Source of the DNA: Balamuthia mandrillaris
Lineage: Eukaryota
Length of the DNA stretch: 64,000 bases
Direction: 5' to 3'
Assembly (NCBI GenBank): GCA_031835245.2
Contig: JAVKOQ020000004.1
Span: forward strand, 186,001 to 250,000
Shown: piece after piece, positions 15,656-27,000 of the stretch
Layout of the letters: every line of letters begins with the position of its first letter
How positions within the stretch are numbered: position 1 is the first letter of the stretch
Translations under genes and position numbers: made by a program
Notes under the pieces: model-generated
Database searches by the model: none
Told to the model about the DNA's origin: nothing
Seen by the model: only the letters and a program-made list of their open reading frames with translations

Positions 15656-15684
15656 TACAGTGTTCCATGAAACCTGAGTTCTTT

Positions 15685-17520
15685 TTACTGGTCACAGTCA
15701 TAAACACCAGCATAAGTGGCATCTCCAGCGGTCCAGTACATGGCCGTGATAACGTCATCGCTGTTCTTCACAAACTGACCCTTGCTGTTCTTCTTCACCT
15801 TGGCCACTTGGCGGATAATCGGGTCGGAGCACTGGTAGTCCGTGCAAAAGGCCATGAACATGCCCTGCTGGGCTCCGAGCAACAACGTGGGGTACTCGTC
15901 GTTCTCACCGAGGACAATGTCGCAGGCAAAGTTACCGCCAGCCAGCTTACCCACGTTGCTCAACGATCCGCTGGTGCAATTGTAGTCATCGCAGTGAGAC
16001 ACCAGTGTGCCTTCCTCCGACTTCCAGCAGGCCAAAACCAGGTCATCCTTGCCGACCACCACTGCCATGTTCTCAGCCTCATCCACATCGTCTCCGGTGA
16101 TTACCCATCCCTGGGAAGGAGAGCTGGAACAGGTCTCGTCGGGGCAGGACCAGAAAACGACGCGCTTACCGGAACCCTCGTTGGTGACGACCATGGGTCT
16201 TCCGTCGGAGCGGATGGCGACCACAACGCCTTGCACCCAGCTGCCACCAAGGTTGTTGGCAACAAGGGTGCTGGTCTCCACGGCACAAGTGACGTCGGCG
16301 CATGACCGGTAGAAAACATCGTTGTCGTCCCAGTAGGCGATGTAGGGGTTTTCGTTGACTGAAACAAAGAATGAGGAACGAGAATAGGGAGCAGACGAGA
16401 ATACAGAGAACAAAAACATACCATCAAAACCAATGGCGAAGGGTTGCTCAAAGCCATTGTCATAGCCAGCAATAGTCCAATTCTGGAAGCCGTAAGAGTC
16501 ACAGTCCGGGTCGTCGCAGTGGACATAGAGGAGAACCAAAGGACTGTCACCATAAACCACAAACACCGGGTTACCAGTGGCAGGATCCAAGGCTGCCTTC
16601 ACTGGGCAAAAGGCCTGCTCGGTGCCAAAGATGGTAGTATCCAAGGCTAAAGTGTCGCAAGCCGAGTCAGCACAGCGAATAAACTTAACGGGGCCAGGGT
16701 CGTCGCCGCAACCAGCATCTTCCTGGTAGAAGAATGCTTCATATGCAAGGTTCGGGGAGAAATCGGAAGAGAAACAGTTACAGGTGGAAGAAGAAATGAG
16801 TGAGTATTTAAGTATGTTGGATGTGCTTTGCCTTCTTTAAAAGAGCATACCCGGTAGATCGTCCTCATCCAGGAAGAGGTCGAACTCCTTGTTCTGATCC
16901 ATGACCTCGTTAGGAGGGATGATCCGCTTTTGCTTGCAGAGACCCGCCTAAAGACAACACAAACATTTTCCAGAGGTTGAGGCTATGATGAGGATAGATA
17001 TGAAAACAAAGGGAAGCATACCGTGCAACAACCGTCATTGACTTCAGCGTTCAGTGCAGCAGCGTCGGTGGAACAATCGGTCTCGTCGTCCTCAAGCACA
17101 GCCACGCACTTACCAAAGAGATTGTATCCCAGCAAACACTAAACAGAGCGGAAAAGAAAGTTGAATAAAGGAATGGCGATAGGGGCAGAGCCACTATCGA
17201 ATTAGGCCTCTTAAAGAGAAGGGATTTAAACCTGTGAGGTAGGACAAGATGCATCCTCGCGGTAAGGGTTGCAGAGGTTGACTCCGCCGCATGTTCGGAC
17301 TACTGTTCCATTGGGGCTGATGGTGAGCACGGGCTCCTCTTCGTTCAAGATCTGGAAGGACGGATCTGTTTCGTCGCAGTCCGCCTGCACCTCTGAAAGA
17401 AGAGAAAAAGGTGTGTCAACACTTTTTGTACCGACCCCCAAACGAGCAATTAAGAAAAGCCGTACTCAGAGCGAGACACAGAAGCACGCCGATCACCACT
17501 AACCGCCAACCTTGCCTCAT
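15685..17520 (-). CDS. Secreted Cys-rich protein with six C-x-D-x-x-C repeats (probable beta-propeller); multi-exon
   Basis: Signal peptide MRQGWRLVVIGVLLCLALSTA. Repeats CADSAC, CDDPDC, CADVTC, CPDETC, CDDYNC, CTDYQC at about 50-aa spacing. Confidence 0.65.
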
Positions 17521-17835
17521 CTTTCCAGCTGCAAACGCTCTGTTGCCCAACCGTCTGCTTCCGCCCTACTGCTTTCTTTCTTTTTTTTTAACTTTATCCA
17601 AATCAAAATTTAGGGTTTGCAGATAAAAAGGAAGGGGTTTTTTGCTCAACAAAATGAACCAATCAAACATTTTTGCCGACTAACTGGCACACGTCACCTT
17701 CGAACACGTCACCTCAACTCAGATAAATCAAATCACCAATTAAATATCAAACAATGGTTGTCGACTTAAAATAGTTTTGTGGACAGAAATGGAACGTTTC
17801 ATGTCGTAGGAAGAAGGAAGATATCGGCGGTAAAG

Positions 17836-17992
17836 ATGGAGGAGGCAAAGGAGGAGGAGGTGGAAGCGAGGCTGAAGAGACGGCTGCAGGAGCTCGAAAA
17901 GAGCGAAAACGAACAGTGCCCGCAGCCAAGTGAAGAAGAAAAAGAACGAAGGGAATTGAAGGTTCCGAAAGCTACTCTTTTCTCCATGCTCA

Positions 17993-18044
<52 letters not shown>

Positions 18045-18643
18045 CTCCCTCTCTCCATCTTCTTCAACGTCCTTAACAAGAACAACACGCAAAGCGAGTC
18101 AAGCTACGAGAACGAGTCCTGAAGCACAGAGAGCTGATGCAAAAATGGGTCGAGAAGAAAAGAGAAGAGGCGGAGCAACAGCGCCTCCAACAAGAACAGG
18201 CGGAGCGCGAGCGCTCCACCCTCGCTGAGAAACCCTTTCTGTTTATCCCCGACGAGGTGCTCCTCCATATCTTCAAGCACCTGGCCTCACCCAGGGACCT
18301 GGCCATGGCGGCCAGGGCCTGCAAACGCTTTCACCTGGTGTTCCACGAGGAGCCCCTCTGGGAGGCCCTCTGCAAAAGGCGCTACGGAGAGGACCTGCCG
18401 GCCGCTCAGCTGTTCACCAGGGACGGCAAGATGGCCTGGCAGGTCACCTTCAAGAACAACTACTTTGAGGAGAAGGTGCAGATGGACCTGCTGGCCAAGT
18501 ACACGCCATTCCCCTGCCCCTACTGCGGGGCCAATACCGCCCGGCAGAAGATGTTGCAGCGGAACGTGACCTACGTGCATTGGAAGGACTGCGTTAGCTG
18601 CGCCAAGACCTGGGACTGGGAGTACATTCCACTCGCAAAGTGA
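17836..18643 (+). CDS. F-box protein with N-terminal coiled coil and C-terminal C4 zinc ribbon; one intron
   Basis: F-box FLFIPDEVLLHIFKHL...AARACKRF...PLW; CPYCG...CVSC..TW. Confidence 0.75.
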
Positions 18644-19019
18644 ACAAGAAGCACGCTTGGAGGAATGAGCTCTCCAGAGGCAGACGCCAGTATAGTTGTG
18701 GCCTGCGGCCATGAAGAGAGAACAAAAAACAAACAGGTGGTATGGAAAGGAAGGAAACCAAAGACAAAAGCAGGATGAAGAAAGAGGAGTTTACAGCCTT
18801 GACACACCAGCAAACGTCTCAAGCAAACGAAAAGATGCACCACAGCACAGTTGGAAGCACCCCAGAGGACTCTTCTGTTAAACAACCGAAATCTCGCATT
18901 ATTAATTATTGCCTTATGGTGACTGTTCTACAACACTATACGACATCATTACCACGACAAAATAAGAGGCAAGAAGAAGAAACGGACAACGAACCAACCC
19001 TTAGGGTCTCTCTTCGGCT

Positions 19020-19791
19020 ATGGCTCTTGTGCCCAGTGTCAAGAAGATGCTTGCTCTCTTTCTTTTGTTGTCAACCACGGCAACAACGCTCTTGTGCAGC
19101 GCGGATCACGACGTTGCTCCCATTTGTGACGCTTCGAACGACGAACTCCGTCTCAATCAGATACAAGTGGTTGGAACCCACAACAGGTCCGGTTTTTTTT
19201 TTCTCCAAGCTCTCCCGTTTCCCTCTTTCACTTCTCTCCGTTGTTTCCTCGCTCTTCCGTTCTTCTCACTTTTTTTTTCTTTGCTCTAATCAAGTTATCA
19301 TATGCGCACTCATCGTGAAGTAAGAGACGGTACGTCGTTCGCTTTATGCTTCTTCTTCATGCGTTTTCTCCTTTTTTTTTCTTCCCTAACCATACGTACA
19401 TATTCTTTGCGTTATGAATAAAAAGTTGTTGACAAAGTCATACCTGGTATAATGCAACTCATGGACTATGAGTTGCCTCCTCTTCGCGAACAGTTGGAAG
19501 ACTATCGCGTAAGGGCGTTTGAGTTTGATGTCTTTTATGACCCTTCTATTCTTTATGCCAGGCCTAGTGGTCTCGCCGTTGTCGAGGGTGAGATCAATGC
19601 CTTCTTATTCTTCCGTTCTTTTTTCTGCTGCCTAGTCGTTTTGTTGTTTCTTTACTTACATGCCTTTGTAGAGCAATGCGATTGCACTCTTCAGCCACCC
19701 TACGATCAGGAAGGAGTTATGGCCACATCGACCAACAGCAAAGTATTCCACGTTCAAGATGTAGACTATCGGTAAATTTAATCCCTCTTTT

Positions 19792-19831
<40 letters not shown>

Positions 19832-19851
19832 CTCTCTCTCTCTCTTTCTCT

Positions 19852-19887
<36 letters not shown>

Positions 19888-21017
19888 CTCTCGCATTATT
19901 GCGTCGAAGGTAATAACGTAAGCTTTACCCAACACTTTAAACAAAATAATATTCGTTTTAGGACCCACTGTTACACTTTGGTGGATTGCCTGTCGCAACT
20001 GATGGAGTGGTCTAACTCGGTCGATGGCCACCACACCCCTCTGTTTATTCAATTGGAGCTTAAGGCCAATCCGTTGCCCATCTTGCCTTCCATGGCAGAA
20101 GAACTTGGCTTTCACCCTGTTGTACCCCTTTCTTGGGCTAACCCCACAGCTCTTGCTTCGTTGGAAGAAGAGATCCTTGGCGTTATTCCTCTGGTATATT
20201 TCTTTGCTTTTGATTTGTTTTGTTTTATTATTATTTGCTTTCCTCTGACTTCGTCCGTGGTCTTCTTATCTCTTTCTCTCTATTTTTCATTGGTGACAGG
20301 ATCGAATTTTAAGTCCCGCCTCACTCACAAACGACCATCCCAACATGACCCTTTCCCAAGTGGTCACAGAGGTAGGTTGGCCGACCATCAGCGAGTCAAT
20401 GGGCAAGTTTATCTTCTTCCTGGACAACAATCCTGTTTCAGACGTCCAACAGGTCTTCAGCAATACCTCTTTGCCGCGTTTCATCTTCAGAGAGAGACCT
20501 GAGGGAGAGCCTGATGCTGCCATTTTTAAGCGCAACAACCCGAAGACCCATTATGAAAACATTCAGGATTTGGTGGGCAAGGGATACATCGTTAGAGCGA
20601 GAGCTGATTCGGGTAAGTTTTGCTTCTTGTTCTTCTTGTGCTTGTGCTTGTGCTTGTTTCAACTTTCTTCCTCCTTTCCTTCCTTCATCCTTATTTATCC
20701 TTCTTCTTACCTCAATCTTCCTTCCATTATTACGCTCAGACACGACCGAAGCCAGAAACAACGACTACTCCACACAAGAGGCCGCTTGGTCGAGCGGCGC
20801 CCAGATCATCAGCACGGACTACGTCCGACCGGATCGTACTCTCATTCCCAGGAGCGAGTACGTCGTTCACACTCCGAACCACTGCATCGCCCAGTGCAAT
20901 CCAATCGCTGCCGCTGATATTTTGTTGGATGAAGACTTTCAGTGCGAACCCATCGACTATTCCACTTCTTCTGCTTCGTCTCTGTCCTCCTTGGTTCTTT
21001 CTCTTATTTATGCCTAA
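19020..21017 (+). CDS. Secreted Ca-dependent phosphoinositide-specific phospholipase C, bacterial type (PI-PLC-C1-like); multi-exon
   Basis: LRLNQIQVVGTHN|SYH, FEFDVFYDP, FHVQDVDYR, GWPT, YIVRARAD, GAQIISTDY; signal peptide. An alternative last exon could end at 21551. Confidence 0.8.
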
Positions 21018-21135
21018 TAACCTTGACATTGAGTTGTTCTCTTACTTAACTTGTCTCTCTTGTTGTTTCTTTCTTGTTGTTTCTTTCTTTCTTTCTTGTC
21101 GTTTCTTTCTTTCTTGTCGTTTCTTTCTTGTCGTT

Positions 21136-21175
<40 letters not shown>

Positions 21176-21213
21176 GTCGTTTCTTTCTTTCTTGTCGTTT
21201 CTTTCTTGTCGTT

Positions 21214-21297
<84 letters not shown>

Positions 21298-21358
21298 GTC
21301 GTTTCTTTCTTTCTTGTCTTTTCTTTCTTTCTTTCTTTCTTTCTTTTTCTTTCTTTTT

Positions 21359-21450
<92 letters not shown>

Positions 21451-21616
21451 GTCGTTTCTTTCTTTCTGTTCATTTTTTGTGACGTAATGAACATCTTTAG
21501 GTCTTGGGATGGATTCCTGAATACCAAATTATAGAAGGAAAAAGGGTTTAAAGCCGGCGATGAGTGATGGCAGCAGCATCCATCCTGTTGTTTCTTCTTC
21601 TTCTTGTTCTTCTTGT

Positions 21617-21651
<35 letters not shown>

Positions 21652-21892
21652 TTCTTCCTCTTCCTCTTCTTCTTCTTCTTCCTCTTCCTCTTCCTCTTCC
21701 TCTTCCTCTTCTTCTTGCTGCATCTGGGCGGGGTGGTTTTCCCGCCAATTTTTTAAGGTGTGCCTAAAAAAGAGCAGAGACTCCTCACGGGAGCCGCTAA
21801 GGGTGGACATAAGTATTGGAGGAGTCATGTATTTTCCCACTGAGACAAAGGGGGGAATAGCGTGACGGGTTACCTTCTACTTCTTTAGTAGT

Positions 21893-22429
21893 ATGTCCCA
21901 AAAGGCCAAGCACTACAAAAAAAAAACAACACAACCACCACTGCAAAGCTGCACCATGAGCAACCAAACCAAGGGCACATCCACCCGCAACTGCCGGTCA
22001 ACCCGCTCCTCACGGGCCGAGAACCCAAAAAGGCGGAGGACGCAGGAAAAGGAACAAGCGGCGGAGAAGACGGTGAAAGGCGTGGTGCGGGATCGACTCG
22101 CTGAGGCCCTGGGCTCGGTGCTGCAACGGTTGGAAGACTGCGAAGAAGAAGTGACCCAACTGAAAACCTCCCAGGAAGAGTTGAAGAAAAAAGTGACCCA
22201 ACTGAAAACCTCCCAGGAAGAGTTGAAGAAAGAAGTGACTCAACTGAAAACCTCCCAGGAAGAGCTGAAGAAAGAAGTGACCCAACTGAAAACCTCCCAG
22301 GAAGAGTTGAAGAAAAAAGTGACCCAACTCGAAACCCGCATCGAGGTCCTGGAGATGCAAGAATTTGGCATCACCTGTGCGCCAGGGATGAACTGTTGTT
22401 GGAACGTAGTGCACTCGGTGGCGAGGTGA
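21893..22429 (+). CDS. Coiled-coil ORF with 14-aa tandem repeats; possibly a repeat-family gene or pseudogene
   Basis: (VTQLKTSQEELKKE/K) x4 plus a partial fifth copy; intronless; related sequence at about 48984. Confidence 0.45.
   Translation: MSQKAKHYKKKTTQPPLQSCTMSNQTKGTSTRNCRSTRSSRAENPKRRRTQEKEQAAEKTVKGVVRDRLAEALGSVLQRLEDCEEEVTQLKTSQEELKKKVTQLKTSQEELKKEVTQLKTSQEELKKEVTQLKTSQEELKKKVTQLETRIEVLEMQEFGITCAPGMNCCWNVVHSVAR
22151..22337 (+). repeat. 42-bp coding tandem repeat, about 4.4 copies
   Basis: Units start at 22151, 22193, 22235, 22277 and 22319 (gtgacccaactgaaaacctcccaggaagag...). Confidence 0.95.
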
Positions 22430-22964
22430 CCAGTCCCTGTTTATTCCATTTGAAAACCCCAAAACAAAACGGGTCCTCTGCTATCACAATCAACGATCTG
22501 TTTTACCATATCGCTGGCAATGGTTGTGATAGCAGAGGGCAATGGAGGTACAAGGAGGGGTGCATGGTTGCTTCTTCTTCTTCCTCCTCCTCTTTCTCCT
22601 CCTCCTCATCCTTCTGTTACAAATTAAGAATGGGAATAATTGTGGAACCAAGTTGCAGGATCTCCACATTCGGGTAGTAAGTTAAAAGGAACTGTTCTTC
22701 TGGTGGCGGTGGTGGTGGCAGCGGTGGTGAGGGTGGCCACTTTTTTTGTTTTTTGCTTGTTTCTTTCTTGTCGTTTCCTTCCTTCCTTCTTTCTTTCTTT
22801 CTTTCCTTTTCGTTTCCAAAAAGGAAAACGTGCCTTTTCGCTCATCTATTCTTTCTCTCTTTTTTCTCTCTCTCGCTCTCTTTTCGTTTCTGTTTATCGC
22901 CTTCTTTCTTCATTCTTTTTCTTTTCCTCCGTCAAACCAGAACGACAGCACCGGCACAACAACG

Positions 22965-23974
22965 ATGGCAGCGGAGCGGATCGTTCGCATCAGCATCACT
23001 TGCCTACTCTGCAACGTTCTCCTCTCCTCCTATTCCTCTTCCTCTTTCTCCTCCGTGGAAGCCGTGGGCTTTACCGGCAGCGCAAACTACTCGTTTGGCA
23101 TCGCGAGCATCCCCGTCACGCTGGACTACCACAACGGGAGCGTCTATGCCGTAGTGGAGAGGCCGCAAGGGTACACGCTCACCGAGTTTGACGGCTGGAC
23201 GCTCAACATCACCCGAACGCTGATCGTATCCAACGAGGGCCTGACCCCGTTCCCGCGGGTGCAGACGTTCATCGTGCCTCCATCCTCGCCGAAGGTGACG
23301 CCCAAGATGTGGTTGTTTGCTAACTTGGGCTTGGAGGTTTGTTATGTTACTGCAGGCTTTCTCCTGTTAACTATTGGTAATATAATTATACCAAGGTGGA
23401 TTTGGTCTCTTGGAAAGTGACGAGGAAGAGCGCGCCTTTCCCGCTGGTGGATAACACGAACTTGGACAATGGCTTCGTTCTGCCGGATTATTCCATGGTC
23501 TATCTGTTTCAAGGAGTGGAGGGCAACGTTTCCTACGTCTATCAGGTTTTGCTTTCTGTCTTCCCTTTCTCTTTCTTTCTTGTGTAACCAACGACATTGA
23601 AAACAGTTTGAGACGAAGAGCTTTTCGCTTCTTCCACAGACACAAACTGTTGGAAATGGATCCTACACTCACTTTTATAATGGCTTCACGTTCGTTTCGC
23701 TCTCTCTCTCTTTTCTCTCTCTCTCTCTCTCTCTCTCTCGTTCTGTCTCTAATACCAGTCTTTCAACAGCTCGCAAGAAGGAACGAATGCCTACTTTGTT
23801 GCCCAGCGAGGTACCTCATGGCAAGGCTACGGTCTCATCCAAGTGGACTACACCACCTGGAAAGTTCTCAACTGGACCTACACCTTTGGCCACATGACAC
23901 CTCCCGTCCCATTCTACAATTATCAGAACCCTTCCGATACGGTTCGTTTTAAGCCAGAGAATTTCAGAGAAGGA

Positions 23975-24014
<40 letters not shown>

Positions 24015-24500
24015 CAGATAAGCCTAACTGTCGGTAAAAACAGTTCATCTTTACAGAGGATCAAGTGTTTGCCGATCTGTGCATCCTGAATGCGACTTTG
24101 GCGACCCAGTTCTGCACTCCCAACGGATCCATTCCGTTCTACGAGATCCCTCAAGCCCTCACCGTTGGCGATGGTTACCTCTTTGCTGCCAGTCAGGTAA
24201 AAAACCTCTGCTCCTTTCTCCCGCTTTTATGCTGTCCGTGTGGCTTACATTGTTGTTCGAACAAAGGTGGTTGGAGCGTTATACAAGACAAGAAAAGAGA
24301 AGAGAGCAGACGACGATGACGATGCGACCGGAATGGTGAGACAGCTCTCCAAGGAAGGCAAGCCGTTGGCTGCGTTTCCGCTCTACGGTGGTTACTATCC
24401 GAACCTTCCCGATGCTGCCCAAGGCAACCATTCCATCTACATCAGTTTGACGAACGATAACTTTGACCCTCCCTTGTTGCTTCGTCTGTCCTACACGTAA
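22965..24500 (+). CDS. Hypothetical secreted beta-rich protein; multi-exon
   Basis: Hydrophobic N-terminus, N-glycosylation sequons, GC-rich exons separated by GT-AG introns. Confidence 0.55.
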
Positions 24501-24724
24501 ACTCAGCAAAAGGGTCTTCCCGTTCCGTGCGGTACTTCAAAGAAAAACGAGATCAATGCGAGAAGACGAGATGAACGAGAGAAAGAGAACAAGAGAGAAC
24601 GAGAGGGAGAGATAAGAAAAAACAAAACTTTAAATAATAAAAATACAAAGTTACACAAAAAAGCACACCAACCAAAAAAAAAATGCCAAAACTACTATGC
24701 ACAGTGCAACTCATCCATCGTGTG

Positions 24725-26387
24725 TTATAGACGTAAGGATTGGGGACCTTCTTTCCTGGTGCTCTTAGAGGGAGAGGAGAGCTCTGGAGGGAAGAAGCAA
24801 AGCGCTCGGGAGGAGGCATTGTACCACGTCGTCTCATGAGAGACAGTTCCTGTCCTCACGTCGATGGTAACAAAACGCCAATGCGTTGTAAACCAAGACC
24901 ATTCGCTTTTGAAGAAAAAGGAAAGAGAAGTTAGCATACGAGCAAAGAGAAGAGAACAAGAGAGCAGAGGAAGCAGAGAAGAAAATAGAGATGAGAGAGT
25001 GAAAGAACAAACCTAACGATGCTCGTGAAAAGGAGACCCCGTTCTTCATCCAATGCCATCAAGCCATCTTCCGCTCGCTTATAGTCGCTCCACTCTGGTC
25101 CCAACGGAGTGACGGTGCCGGTAGCCACCTCCACTCGCACAAACTGCATCCGGAGCCGCTGCTGCACCATGCACTTCTCCTTGGTCAACGAGGCAAAGCC
25201 AAAGAGGCAGTTCCAGCGTTTGCTGTAGACGTACGACTCCAACGTGTTGAGCTTCACGTTCTCCAAGCGAGAGAAGCGAATGGGCACCTCCACGGTGCTC
25301 AGCGTGTCCGTGTCGACAATGAGCAGCATAGGGTCCTCCTCCAACTGACGATACAGCCGCAACGAACGACTCATCTTGCGTTCCATCAATGGCAAGATAT
25401 CCGCATCCGCTGTTATCTCCTGGTCTCTTACTTGCTCTTCCTCCGCCTCCTCCGGTTGCTTGTGACGTTTGCTCTTGCCGCGACGCTTCTCCAGGTAGAG
25501 GAAGAACCGCGACGTGGCCGCGTCATAGGCTCCACAGTAGTTGTCCCTTCCGGCTCGGATGTGCTTGCTGTACAGTCTATCAAAGTTGGTGACCAGCCGC
25601 ATCTTCCCCGTCTCCACCTCCACCTGGTAGAGGCTGAGCGTGGACTGGATAAAGGGCTGCACGGCAAAGCACCAGAGGTGCTGCGGCCAGCGGGGGTCAT
25701 AGGCCAGGGTCCAGGGGAGCCCGCGATCGAGGGCGTGCGAGGAGGCGCGCAGCGTCCCGGTCTGGAGGTCGAAGCGGTAGAGGAAGGAGCCCTCCTCCTT
25801 GTTGCCCACAAAGTAGATGACGCGGTCGTCGCGGTTCCAGGCCCTAGCCCCGTTGATCGGAGGAAGCTCCAACGAGCGTCCCACATGAATGCTCTTTGCA
25901 AGTTAAAAAAAAAAGATTGAGATGAAGATTAATACTTGAAGATGAAAAAGTAAAGATGAGCTACAAAAAAAAAGGGAAGCGGAGGGCATACTTGTTCCAG
26001 AGAGCGTTCAAACTTTCCGCTTTGGCTGTCCACCACCCCGACGGAGACCTCGCAGTCGCCCACGTAGGCCACGCTAAGCAGCCTAGCACCAGGGGGCGCG
26101 GCCTTCTCCTCCGCGGCGGCGCCCTCCTCCTCTCGTCTCCTCTGGCAGTGCCTCAGCGTCAGCTCCTGGGAGTTATCTCGGGAGGGGCTGGGGTTCAGCC
26201 CGCTGGCGGTCTTCCAGGGGTCCTGCCCCTGGCCCTGGCCTTGGCCTTCATTGTCGTTCTTGTCCTTGTGGCGGTCTTTCGCAGAGGAGGAGGAGGCAGA
26301 GGAGGGTTGCTCTTTCTTCCTGGCGAGAGCGGTCAGTTTGTTCCACAACGTGGAATGAAAGGAGGAGGAATGAGGATGCTCTTCCAT
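24725..26387 (-). CDS. Hypothetical beta-propeller-like protein; multi-exon
   Basis: Repeated blade-like motifs (LYRFDLQTG, LYQVEVETG, FVRVEVATG, FVTIDVRTG); main exon 24931-25884. Confidence 0.6.
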
Positions 26388-27000
26388 GCAAGCTTTTGTC
26401 GGTGTTTGTTGTGGTTGAAATAAAGAGAGAGGAATTGCTGGAAGGGGGGAATTTGTTCTGCTGCTAGAAAGGGCGTGTGTGTCTCTCTTCTTCAAATAAA
26501 AAAAGTGCTTTGCTCAATCGCCCTATTTTAAAGCCAATTTTTTTTTTGCTCATAGGAAATACGGCGTGGAGATGTGCAACATCTCCAAAAATAGAAATTA
26601 AATCTGGCTCCGGGTTAATAAAAATTCTGTTTATGGAATAACGGAATATTTCATGTTTCCTTTTTTCAACAAAAGTGACTAAAGACCCCCTGATCACCCA
26701 GGTTACACCAATTGAGGTTTCCTGGGTGCTCTGTCCACAGTTACCATGGTACCCTCCGTGTCGACAACGAACACGTCATAGGCGAGTCGGCAGAAATGGC
26801 CAAGCAAACCTCTCGAGTGCGGCACTTTCGCAGGAGAGAGAAGAGAGAGAAGCTAGAGAAGAGAGAGAGAAGAGGGAGAGAAGAGAGAGACACAGAGAGA
26901 AGAGCAAGAAAGATGAAGTACATGGTGTGTCTGGATCTGTCCACAGAAGCAAAGAAGGCTCTCGCACTTTGTTTGAGATGGGTAAGCAAGAGGTTCTTCT

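Noticed and set aside
21042..21865. Long KERK/FLSF/poly-E ORFs
   Set aside because: They are translations of (TTTC)n and (TTC)n microsatellites, not credible proteins.
22151..22337. Regular repeats as a CRISPR array
   Set aside because: The units are contiguous and in frame, with no unique spacers and no cas genes; the context is eukaryotic.
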